From Lepidodermella squamata (taxonomy: Eukaryota > Animalia > Gastrotricha): a stretch of DNA of 64,000 nucleotides. The first letter of the stretch is position 1. Every line of letters starts with the position of its first letter. The notes beneath the pieces are model-generated. The model was not told the origin of the DNA. It was given only the letters and a program-made list of their open reading frames with translations, and searched no databases. This document shows positions 24,465 to 36,374 of this stretch, one piece after another. Location of the stretch: positions 992,001 to 1,056,000 of the forward strand of contig JBLDXI010000019.1 of the NCBI GenBank assembly GCA_047495785.1. The letters run 5' to 3'. The position numbers and the translations under genes are program-made.

Positions 24465-26094
24465 CTAAAGGTAGAAATAATATCACAATGTTATAAAAGC
24501 GATTAATAAGAGAGATGGAATTTTCGATCATCTTAAAGGGGTTCTAGCGACACCGCTTCACAGCACGGTAACATCTTGAGGATTGAGGATTTTCAGGCGT
24601 TTTCATGCGAACGAATTCAACTCGCGAACTGCGATTTTACTCTACGGCGCAATGGACAAGGTAGACTAAGTCAACCTACATAGTTACAATCGCAAGCAGT
24701 GGTAGCAATACAAACAGTGTATATACTGGATTTAGGTCCCAGCAGAAAGCTTTTCAAATAAGCATATGCGAAGGCAAAGAGCAAAAGGCGAAAGCGGAGC
24801 CGCAAGTATAAAAGCATTTTCAGATCGAGGGAAGGCCTGCAACGGCACCTTTTGCTGCATTCTGGTTTTTATATGCATGAGCAATAATAGAGGATCGGTG
24901 AAATAGTTGGCTTCGATGAACGTGAGCGGATGCCAAACGCAAAGATTTCGACGAGGTCGGTGTACCCGCAAAGATTTCAGGGCTTCTCGCACTTTTCAAA
25001 TAGCCCACGTGACATAAAAAGTTTTTGAACTATATACACTTTTAATTCTTGTAAAATTATTAATTTATTAATTATCAAGTTTTTATCCTTTTAAATTATC
25101 CTAGCAACGTTGATATTGTCAACGCTTTTCAGCTGATTTGCGTCGCAACTAAGTGCAGCTCGGGATGTAACGAACCGCGATCTCCTTTAGCTTCATAGGT
25201 AATAGGTATTCACCAAGTTAATAGGTTCCTAAAAACTGATAGACATTTAAAGCTTACATAAATGCTGCTGATAATATGGTTTGTTGAGTGGCAATTGTTC
25301 AACTACTCAGGCGGTCTAGCGTTTTTCCGTGCTTCAAGAATGACAGTTTTCTTCACGCTGATCGGTGTTGCATGCACCCTTGAGTTCCTCGAGGCAATGT
25401 TGCGTACAACCAGCGTATTGTCTGCGAGGCAAAATTTAAAATTAAACATTTCATTTGTAAACATTTAATTCCGTTCGGCGGCGATTAGTATTATCGGTTG
25501 TTGGTTAGTTATTATAAATTATAACATGGTGAAGCCGAGTTTGAACCGAAAACATGTCCGATGTATAGTCGCATTCATAGTTCACATTCCACATAGAAAT
25601 TTTCGATTAAATTCCTATTCCTATGAAGACCTATGAATTCCTATCTGAGCCATCATCGACGATGATTTGGCAATGTACCATCGGAATTAGGAGTAACTCC
25701 GCAAAGTAGGCCATTTCTTATTATTAGCCTGGCTCATTCCGGTACTCGACTTCGCCATGTGTATGTCTGGGGTCTGGGAAAATTAGTCGAAACCATGTGT
25801 CGCTGTTGTGAGGTCTTTATTTTTACGATCTGATTTCCCAATACACTTTCCGCTGGAATAACATAAATCGTATATTCAATCGAATTAATTGGAGTATATG
25901 TATATATTTACGGATTTTGACGGTGCGTTCGCACTTTGGTACACGGTCTTCCATTTATCAGTTCATTTTTTTAACTTGAGTTATAACAAATGACCGCGCA
26001 AACTACAACTCAACATAATTGTTTCTTCCGTTGGCCAATGTTCAAGTTCTAATTTTTAATTTAAAGCTTTAGAGTTCAGGAAGTTTAAAGCACG

Positions 26095-27286
26095 ATGGAT
26101 TCTATTCGAAACCTCACTGCTCTTCTTAGCAACACTGCTTCATCAGACAACATCTATATGACTCAAGAGCTATTTTCAAAGTTAGCATCAATTCATGTCG
26201 CTTTGGAACTCTTCCGCTTGGATGCCGAGATTCAAAAATCAAATCCCGAGTTTTCTCTAGTACGAGGTAACAATGAAAGAACTTGAACAAGTCGGCTATT
26301 TCATTTCGACCCTGAACTTTAGAGGTTGAGCCGACAATTCATGAAATTACATCTGCGCTGCACGAATATCGAAGCTATTTTGAGGCAGGAAACGTATCAA
26401 AACTGCAGGAAAATGAAGTCCGGCGTCTTCATCAGTGGGGAATCAACAAGTTGCAATGCTTCATCGACGTAGGTTCCCTCATTATTTTTCACTATGCGCA
26501 TTGAATTTTCCTCTGCCTGCAGAAACTAAATCCATATGCCACTAAAGCGCAAAAAGATGTCGATGATTATTCGGATAAAATCGGAACTACGGATCGATTC
26601 ACTGGATATCGAAACATGCTTAATAGGGGTTCAAGAGACGCTTTCCGTCTTGGTTTGCTTCAATCGATTTACACAAGTAGAGCAATTCCTAGCTTTTTCT
26701 GCAGGGTTAACATCATCATTTCGGGATCACGATGCTGCAAACGGTTACAACAATTCAGTAAGCTCCGTCCTGAATACTCAGCGCCTCGACAAGAACTTCA
26801 ATGAGCGAGCAGCAGAAGGCTGTGTAAGCGATACGATTCTCAACAGTAAGCCTCGCTTTGTCGCGTTACTCTTATTTTATGATGATTTTCCGGAAGAATG
26901 CGCCCAGCGATCCGTTCTACCCGGAAATCTAGAGCAGATGGAGAAGCAACCGAAAAATATGATTAAACTAGATGTCACTAAGGAAGGCAGAACTCCGGCG
27001 GAAGAGGTGAGTTATTTCAAGAGTATGAATTTAATTCAAATGTTACATGCAGGCGGGTATCAACATTGTTTTCCCTGGAACCACGGAATATCACGATCGC
27101 TATATCCAACCCATCCAGACCAAGGATCCGAGCCCATTCACAATTAATCCGCTGCAAGATTTTGAGGCTCAATACGGCCGGCGCGTCGCTGTGGATCCAT
27201 GGGCGATCCCCGAAAGTGAATATGAGTTCCGTTACAAATATCCGGCACCAGACTGCGACGCAAGACTCCCTTGGTTGAAAAAATAG
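26095..27286 (+). CDS. Uncharacterised multi-exon protein with C-terminal T/S-E-Y..Y..P (Mn-like) motifs
   Basis: Exon 1 starts at ATG 26095. Phase-compatible introns at about 26267-26322, 26470-26522, 26652-26704 and 27007-27052 give a continuous frame ending ...FPGTTEYHDRY...ESEYEFRYKYP...LPWLKK*. Confidence 0.6.
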
Positions 27287-28817
27287 TTGCAGATAGTTAG
27301 CACTTATCAAATTACGGATTCGAAAGTTAACAACAATTCAATATCATTTATTTTCCTTACGCGAGATATATAGAGATATACAACTATTGACTTTATTTTT
27401 GCTACCTAACCATTATATGAAATGTTTTACGACTGAAACTTCTCTTTTGTGTTCAGTTTTGCTGGCAAATAAACTAAGAATCCGAGGTTCGCCGCAAGTT
27501 CGAACCTTTGGGGTCAAATTACTGACTTTTCTTCCATTTGCGTTATCACTGATTGTTTGATTTACAACTATCTCCCACTAGCATTCGTTCTTTAGCTAAT
27601 GCCCAGTCTAGCTTTCTAGCTAACTAATGTCCAGTTTAGCTAATGAGTTGAAGCTCCTTCGCCACGCAAATCCGATTCCTGTTTGTTCGCCATGTGGCCG
27701 AGTTAGCTTTGATAACCAAAACGTTCACTACGTGATGTCAGATTCCGCTAAAATTAGAGCAGCTGCTGAGGCCAGCAAGACATGGCCTGCCCTAGCTCAC
27801 GTTTTACTCGCGACTCCAGCGTGATCGAGCGGCCCATATTTCATAGAATACCATGCGGCTATGATAAAAATCTAATACTATTAATAAATGTCGCAGCTGT
27901 AATAAAAAATGTTGCTTGCTGCAATTTATAGAAATTCACACTAAATACACAAATTATTTTTAACCTGGACGAATGAATGTCTCGTCGTTTTTTTTGTTTT
28001 TGGCGCCTGATTCGTTTTAGCGTTGAGACAGAGTTCAGATGTTCGATGTTTTGATAGTTGCGTTATGTGTTTTGCAATATTTTGCAATATTCCGATTGGC
28101 TGAGAGCCGAGTTACGACCGCATTACAGGTCACTGATTTCTGATTTCGCAAACTCCCAAGATTTATCAATGTCGATGACTTCGATTTAGTCTTTAGTCCC
28201 TTGTCCACAGGGTGGCAGAAAGTGTTTAAAACCTCGAGGTTTATCCTAGATCGAGAAAAAATTCGTCCAGGTTTTATGTAATGTTTGGGGTTCATATGAG
28301 TGTTGGTGGTGTTTCTTTCTGCCACCCTTCTTTTCCCTTTAGTTAAGTGGGAATTGGGAATTAGTATGAATGATTTCGATCGATCGGGTCTATGATTCAG
28401 GTATAGTCAAATCTAATGCTCCTATATTTCGTAGTTTTCTATAAGAGAAGCCCTGCCTTGGTGCCAGGTTTATTTTTTGGCCCTCGTCCACTATTGGTAC
28501 GGGGTACGGGTTAACATGTTGGTATTATTGGCCATAGCTAAGGTTAGGGTTAGATTTGGGGTTTCCTCAAAGTTGACTCGTATCAGTAGTGCGAAATCAC
28601 CATTTTTGTGTTGTGTTGTGTTAATTAACTGGGCATTTGCCAGTTTTATTTTTCGAAATATTTCCAGCAGGCTAGAATATCATTCAACCATGAATGAGCG
28701 AAGTTCGTCATCAGTTGTTGTATCAATCATGAATTTTGTAGAGCTGACTTTTGGCTAAAATGTTACCGAACAACGAATAACTATAATCTGAATTTGAATT
28801 TTAGCTGACTCGAAAAT

Positions 28818-29874
28818 ATGAAGTTTTCTACCGTTGCCCAATTTACCGACTACTTCAAGAAAAACGGGAAAATCAAGTCCTTTGCCGGTCAAAGTGCAAA
28901 AGTACACTGTGTTGCCTGGAGCTGCACTGGAAACAAACTCGCATCCGGTTCTTATGATAAAAGCGTATGCATATATGGATTTAACGGACACCATTTGGTT
29001 TGCTGCTAAGGCTAGCGCATTGCATTAATATTAACGTTATTTCCGTTTTCCAGAAAGACGAGGTTCGCTTTTCAGGTCATTCAGAATCAGTGGATCAAGT
29101 TTGCTGGGATCCAACTAATGCTGAATTCTTGGCGTCAACTAGCCCCGATAAATCAGTTCGATTTTGGGACACTCGGTCATCAAGAGTTGCAGGAGTTGTA
29201 TCAACAAACGGAGAAAACATTAATCTATCGTGGTCACCCGATGGTACCACCGTTGCAATTGGAAATAAAGAGGATTGCATCAATTTAATCGATGTGAGAA
29301 AAATGTCATGCTACGCCCAACATCAGTGTAAATTTGAAGTGAACGAAATGACATGGTCGCCCAACGGCCAGATGTTCTACCTGGCAACAGGATTGGGCCA
29401 AGTTCATATCCTATCTTACCCTGATCTGAAGACAATATACCAGCTACCAGCTCATACGGCTAATTGTGTTTGCATTCGGTTTGATCCCACCGGCCAATGG
29501 TTTGCCGTTGGCGCGGCCGACTCGCTCACCAGTATATGGCGATCACGCGATCTCATTTGTACTCAGGTGATCAGCCGATTGGATTGGCCGATCAGGTCTC
29601 TTTCATTCAGTTACGATGGAAACTTGCTCGCCTCGGCCTCGGAAGATACTTTTATCGATATTGCAAACGTTGAAACTGGTTAGTACTTAAACATTACATA
29701 TTTCAGATAATTATCAAGTGCTATTTCTATCTAGGTGAATCGGTTGGGTCGGTGAATTGCGAATCAGCTAGCTTTTCCATTGCATTTCACCCTCGTTCTT
29801 ACGTTCTCGCGTTTACTTGCGATGATTCAAAGGAACCCGGTAGCGTTAAGCTTTGCGGAGTACCATCAGACTGA
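28818..29874 (+). CDS. THOC3: THO complex subunit 3 (Tex1), WD40
   Basis: KVHCVAWSCTGNKLASGSYDKS, GENINLSWSPDG and SRLDWPIRSLSFSYDG; introns 28998-29053 and about 29679-29734. Confidence 0.95.
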
Positions 29875-29987
29875 TTGAAGTTGAAATGTGCTCATATCTA
29901 AAATTTTCTGTATAAATCGATGTAAATTTGAATAAAAAATTTGGTTACTACAAATTTTGCATTTATAGGCTTTTTTTACGTTCAAGA

Positions 29988-30521
29988 ATGGCTGAAAATA
30001 CGCCGGTACCCGGTAGCAAGCTGAATAAAGCAAAGCCGATGAGTGAAGAATTGAAGCAGCGCCTTCGAATGACGGGCAGATGGAGGTCTTTGCCTAAGAG
30101 TGAAGAGTCAAAACCATCAAATGTCCCTCAAACGCCCGCCCCCTCAACGAAGCGCCAGTTGAGTGTAGATTTAAGCGAAACCCCTTCCTCTTCTGGGTCT
30201 TTACCGAAAAAAGTTTTAGCTGAGCCTAGACCTGAATCTCCGCAAGACGATAATTCCTTTGCCGCTGTAAAAAGGCGGGTCGAACAACTGAGGGAAACAG
30301 TTCGACGCCTTAAGCTCGCCAAGGCTATGGGAAATAGAGCAAATATTGAAGAAATTCAAGAAGATATTGATTTGTGGAGAACTGGTTTACAGAATGCCGT
30401 GACCCATCTTCACCAGCTAGTTACTAAAGAGCAACATATGACTCTTTCTGAAGTTGTGACAAAACTAGGCATTGATCCCGCCGCCGCTCATTTTGACACT
30501 GACAATGATTCTTTCTACTAA
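29988..30521 (+). CDS. SFR1: Swi5-dependent recombination repair protein 1 (Sfr1/Mei5)
   Basis: Disordered N-terminus, coiled coil RRLKLAK, IDLWRTGLQNAV, and C-terminal MTLSEVVTKLGID...HFDTDNDSF typical of Mei5/SFR1. Confidence 0.8.
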   Translation: MAENTPVPGSKLNKAKPMSEELKQRLRMTGRWRSLPKSEESKPSNVPQTPAPSTKRQLSVDLSETPSSSGSLPKKVLAEPRPESPQDDNSFAAVKRRVEQLRETVRRLKLAKAMGNRANIEEIQEDIDLWRTGLQNAVTHLHQLVTKEQHMTLSEVVTKLGIDPAAAHFDTDNDSFY

Positions 30522-30617
30522 TTTTCTTATAAATCGAACAGCTTGTCTTGTGATCTGATTTTGATAACAAAGCTTATTTCCTTCGTTTTTATGGTATTGA
30601 TAGATTTTTTGAAAGAA

Positions 30618-33600
30618 ATGAGTGAAGCTTTCAGGGATTCCTATTCCGGTGGTAGGAGTCCATCTTATCATCGAGGTCGTGGTCGAGGTGGTTACAATCA
30701 AAATCGAAGCAATTTCCAGCAGCAGCCTCAATATTCAGCACAACCTGCTCCTCCGCCACCGCAGAATTACTACGCTTCAGCATATCCTGAGTCATACTCG
30801 TACGCTGGAAATGGTCCTCAAAGATACGATCAGAACTACGTCCCTGGATATCAAAATCCCGGTCGTCATTACAGTCCGAACCATCAGCCCAACAGAGTAA
30901 ATTGAATCAGGGTTGCGCATTTTTTTAATTTGAATTAATTTCAAGGGAGGACAGCGAACATTCGATCGAAATTACGCTCAAAATCAGCCGCCGCAAGAAC
31001 CTGTCAGGCGTCAGTTCAACTATCAATCTCCTCCTGCAACTGGAAACGGGAGTTATTTGCCACAAAAAGACGCCGATTTTCGTCGAGAGGAGCGTTATCC
31101 GACCCCGGAGACTCCAAGGGAGGAGCTGAGGCCGTTGCGGGTTAATGCTCTGGCGGTTGTTGAAGCTCCGCGAGTTGCGGTGAAAGTTCCTGCAGCCGCC
31201 CCACCTGCCTTATCGACATCTCGTCAAAACGGCGACAGCAGTGATGCCAGCGACGAAGGTTTCGACGATCGCGCCTACATTCAATCGATTATCGATGCGT
31301 ACCATTCGACCGAGGAATGCGGTCAGATTTTAGTTCAAAGCTCCTTGCCTTATGCTAGCATTAAAGTTGTATCTGGCGAGGGCTTGGAAGAGAGCTTGAA
31401 CGCTCATAGCGGATCTTATCCTTGCTCATTCACGTGGAAATTTCAGATATATTTGACGGCTAATGCATCCTTGAAATATATCTCGTTCCTGTGCCTTGAA
31501 AATTCGTCGCGAAAGGCGTTCAAAATGCTGGACAAATCCGGCAACCCTCTCGAAGGTAGCATCGTTTCCCCTGGCACTTGTTTCAAGAAGCGAGAGGGTA
31601 TCTACGAAGTTCAAATCAAATTCCAGTGCAAACGCAATGGGATTTTCAAACAATGGGTTTGCTTCGACATAACCGGCCAAGCGCCGTATCTTGTTCGTCA
31701 ACTCCACGTTTTCGTTGGCGACGAGAGTGATTTGGCTTATCAGGTTGAAAAGTTCCGATTTGATGCCACCGTCGCCGAGCTAGATTGGAATAACTCCACG
31801 GTCGATATCGTGCAAAGCGATTGGCCAGCTCTCGATCGCGAACCAGCAGCCAGACAGGTATCATTCAAATTTTCCGCTCATATTTTGATGTTAATTGATC
31901 AATTTTAGCTTCTGGCTAGATGGAAACCTCTTGGAGCCGCTCTTGACAATGATTCGCTAGCTCTTCGAACCAAGGATTTCGGTCCTGATAATTACAAAAA
32001 GGTGATGCATGGCTTGATTAGGCTCGAAGAAGCCGCTGTTACCGGGGCTATCGGGCGAGTTTTTATTGACGCGCCGGTTATGAAAGTTCAATTATCACCT
32101 GATGGCTTCGGATTGGAAGGGTTCATCACCCTTGGCCAGGCTTTGGATCCTCGCACTAAAATTGGCCAAATGACGCTGAAAAACGCCAATCGAATGCTGC
32201 TTGCTTTCAAAGATTTCGCTGCTCATGGCGAAAATGACGAAAACAACCCGGAATTTATGCGTCGAGTTTACGAGGCCGATATTGTTCAACGATTCAGCAA
32301 AACGAAACCGAGTGAACCGGGAGCGGCCCCGGCGGAAAATGAGTTGTTCAACACTGCTCTCAAGCTGCATTTATCTCAACGCTGCATTGATGAGCAGGGT
32401 TTAGTTCCGGGTAAACAGGTGATTTTACACCAAGCCCGTTTTCAAATGAGCCGCTTGCCCTTCCCGGAATGGCACGACGCGGTTGAAAAAGTGTTTTGCT
32501 GGAATATTTTGTTTCCGATATCGGAAAGGGACACAGTGCCACAACTCGACATTCTTCGAGTTCATTTCGACCCGCAAACTGTCGATCCTGGTCTCATGAA
32601 GAATGCTGGCCAAATCGCCGTCGTCAAGTCGGTTCTAGCCAGCCCGGAAGGTGGGGAATCTTCCACCCCGGCCTTGCCGCCTATCATCATTCAAGGCGCT
32701 TTTGGTACCGGAAAAACGTACACATTGGCTCAATGTTTGAAATGCCTTTTGGCAAATGTTGCGAAGCAGCCGAATATTCGGATGATTTTATGCACAATGT
32801 CAAACAGTGCCGCGGATTTGTACATCACGAACTACCTTAACCCTTTCATGGTTAAGCTCCATCAACAAGGCAAACCACTGCCTCGTATTCTCAGGATTTA
32901 CAAATCCGGCAAAGACCCTGCGGCGATCCCCGAGGAGGTCAGGAGGTACGTTAGGGTGCAGCCTTCCACCATTCGACCTGGTCACTATGACTTCGCCCCG
33001 GCTTCTGCTTCGGATGTCAACTCGGCTCATTTGATTATTTCGAATATTGTCGGAATCATGGACATTGAGCGTCTTTGCCTTCCGAAATCGACCTTTTCCC
33101 ACATTTTCCTCGACGAGGCATCTCAATCGTTCGAAGCTGATGCGGTAAAAGCGCTGTGCCTCGCTGGGCCCCAGACTCGCGTTGTTATGGCCGGTGATCC
33201 GCGGCAAATGGCTGGCGGTACGATCCAATGCCGGCTTTTGATGCGCTACGGTTTCAACCGCGCCTTGATTGAAAGACTTGCGAGGGATTACGGGGCCAAT
33301 GGCGATATTTTCGTCACTAAAGGCTACGGTCACGTGCTTCAGACCAATTACCGATGCCACCCGCAAATCATGGACTTCATCCAGGCTAATTTCTACCCGG
33401 ACTTGCCGACAATGAAGAACGAGTACAACTGCGCCTTTACTGATTATTTTCCTTTCCGGTTCTACAACACTGATTCAAACAAAGGTTTCGAACAGGTATG
33501 CAGTTTTTCTAGGAAAAATATTAATTTCATACAATTTCTTCCAGTTTCATCAACCATCATCGTCCTACTATAACTATGTTGAAGCTGTGGAGGTTGAAAA

Positions 33601-34953
33601 TCGAGTCATTGAGATGATTGTTAATTGGCCGACTGAATTTTGCGAACTGGACGCTCATGGTCGGCCAAAATCTGCGCAATCGGACATAGCTGTCATCTCC
33701 GCCAGCGATGCGCAAGTCATGTACATTCAATCTCGTCTGCGCGAGTCGAAGCAAACCGAAAACGTTGCTGTGGCTAACATCAGTTGGCTTCAAGGTCTGG
33801 AATATCGTGCAATCTTCATTTCAACCGTCCGAACCCTCCGAATCTCATCTGACGAGGAAGTGGCAAATTTCGATCTTAATTTCCTGTCAGATAAGCGCCT
33901 CCTTAATACTGCTATCACACGAGCTAAATCAGCCGTGGTAATCATTGGTATGTATAATGATTTTGTATTAATTAAGGAGTATTTTGTATTTTTGCTGTGA
34001 TTTTTCTAGGAAGTGAAACAACTCTCACCACTGTTGGAAGTTGTCGTGACGTGTGGAGAGCTTTGATCGACGCCTGTAAGGCAAACAATACATTCTTCGT
34101 TGCCAAGCCGATGGCTCGCGATGGTATGCCGACGCAGGATAACCGGGACGCTGCTAAGAAATTGCTGAGTGAACGTTTCGACAAGGTTTCGGTCGTTCCT
34201 GATTACGCCGAACAACGAGTTATGACTCATAACCGCGAGAATACCTCAGCTGCTGGATCTGGCAAAGCTGCTATGCCCGCTGAGATTATTCCGGAGCAAG
34301 AAACGGCCGAATTCAGGCGTCGATTCCCGAAGTTTGCCGAAATCAGCGAAGGTTTTTTTAGCCAGCCGTCATCAGGCGGAATTCCTTGGTCTGCAACCGA
34401 TTCGCGAATGACTTGGCTGCGCATTATCAGCTCAACTGAGTTCTTCAACAGTACTCGCCACCCGTCAGATTTGATGAATCGAGATGAAGCTAAAGTTGTC
34501 GCGGAAATCGTTCAAAAATTGCTGCCGAAGACGACTCGCGGTGAAATTTTAGTCGTAGCCGCCACGGCAGGACAGGCGTCTGTTATCAAGAAAAACCTGA
34601 GCGCAGTTCCTCGCGATCGCCTGACAATTGTCGACGTGAATTACCCCGTGCCGCGTAATATCCAAATCGCTCACGTGGTTATGTCTTTTGTGAAAAGCTC
34701 GGTGAAAAGCGAGCGCGCTTTGCAGCAAGAAAGGTCCGGTGATAGAATTGCGCGTTCCAAGACTTGTCTCAATAAGGAACTGACTGAAGTGGACTCCAAG
34801 ATTGCCAATATCTTGGAACTTGCAGCATCTGGGTGCGTTTGTTTCGTTGGAAATCACTTCAATGCTAGTGTTTTCCCGGCTTGGGACTGGATTTACCGAC
34901 GAATCGCCCAACAAGGCGGTACTTTCGAAAGCGTTCAAGAAATGGGAATGTAA
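30618..34953 (+). CDS. HELZ-like Upf1-family (SF1) RNA helicase
   Basis: Walker A GAFGTGKT, SNSAADLYI, DEASQ, GDPRQ, LQTNYRC, QGLEYRAIFISTVR and LLNTAITRAKS; RGG/Q/Y-rich N-terminus. Exons at about 30618-30896, 30946-31857, 31909-33496, 33545-33947 and 34011-34953. Confidence 0.85.
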
Positions 34954-35440
34954 CCTGGAAAAAGACAGTGTAACTTGACAATATCTTCTTGCCATAATTC
35001 TTGAAAAAGCGTTATCTACGATTTCTGTTGTATTATTTTTCACAACATTATCTTCCGAATCATCACGGTGTAAAATTGTGTTTCTCAAGCAAACGGCTTA
35101 AAATCTCCTGCAGTTGGTGCGATTTTTCTTTTTGATGAGCTTGTAGATAATTGCTCAATTTTCTTGGTGCCGGTATAAATGTGCCATATATTCGATGTCG
35201 TCATTCAGGTGAAAAATATATTGAAAATAAAATACTCGCGTTCATCTAGTTGTTTTATGCGAATTACGAGCGATCCTGGAATCAAGGAGGTAGTATGGAT
35301 CTATTTGAACTACCAATAACCATCATTCAAGGCCTAAATAATAACTATTTTGCGATTTCGACTTTTCAGGAACCCACTGGAGTGAGAAATTATTGCCAGG
35401 TTTCCTAGACTGCTCGTATCGGAAAAATACTGAATTGGTA

Positions 35441-35762
35441 TAATAATAATAATAATAATAATAATTTCTTTTTCAAAGCGAACTTTGAGGGCTAGAAGGG
35501 CATGCCACTTACTCTAACCCTAGGTCTTATCGTAAGAGATTGAGATGAACATTTCCGTATGACGGATTTCGACTGGTGCAGTCTAGCTGACACTCCCAGC
35601 CTCCCAATTTTCTATTTTGTAACGCGATGGATTGGTAAAACCACCGCGGGGCCGAGGGGGGACTCGATCCTGGTTCCGTCACTAGGACTTGAACCCAGTC
35701 CCGAGCGATATCCCCTCAGATACACAGTAGCTCAACGACCCAACTGAGCCATCGTGCCTCCC
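35441..35762 (-). mobile_element. tRNA-derived SINE with (TTA)8 tail
   Basis: 5' GGGAGGCACGA, A box TGGCTCAGTTGG (35751-35740), B box GGTTCAAGTCC (35695-35685), non-tRNA body, microsatellite tail at 35441-35464; about 320 bp. Confidence 0.8.
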
Positions 35763-36016
35763 TACACGCCGGAAAACGATATCAGCTCTGCAGTGTACCT
35801 GTAACTGACCATCAGTAGCACACAGTGTATTTTATATTCATTTACAAAATACAAAATGTGGATTTTGACGCTTATGGCAGTAAAACGTGTTAAAATATGG
35901 ACTCGGTTAATAGCATTACTTGAAATCAACGCCTTTTTTGATGGTCGTACCTATATTTTCTGCGCCAGAAAAAAATGGCAGCCATATACACCTTTGGGTG
36001 TGTGTTTCTTTCGCTA

Positions 36017-36030
36017 GCACCCATGGCAAC
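36017..36030. promoter_or_regulatory. RFX X-box-like site
   Basis: GCACCCATGGCAAC has a perfect GGCAAC half-site and an AT spacer; about 350 bp upstream of the ATG at 36375. Confidence 0.5.
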
Positions 36031-36374
36031 ATTTGTTGATTTCTCATCGACATACGGCTTGTCAAAGTAAACATGAGTACAGTTGCGCAATTCACCGGGA
36101 GTAGTACTACGCCATATACACGTGCGTGTAATGGATGCTTTTTGACAAGTAAGTCTGCTATAAAATATTAAATGCGGAGGTAGAAGTGAATTGATGACAG
36201 ATGACTGGAAAAAATTCGCAATTCTATGCAGCTAGGCCTCAGCAGGCAGCATATACCAATTATAGAAGTTTTCTTGCTTAAAGGTTACAGCTATTCTGGT
36301 GAGAAAAGATTAACAAATGTGTATACCTGTTGAACATAATTGAATTTAGCGAAAGCTGCCTCTGCCAGCAAACA

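Noticed and set aside
28540-28553. Telomere-like GGTTAGGGTTAG
   Set aside because: Only about two units, too short to call an interstitial telomere or an element.
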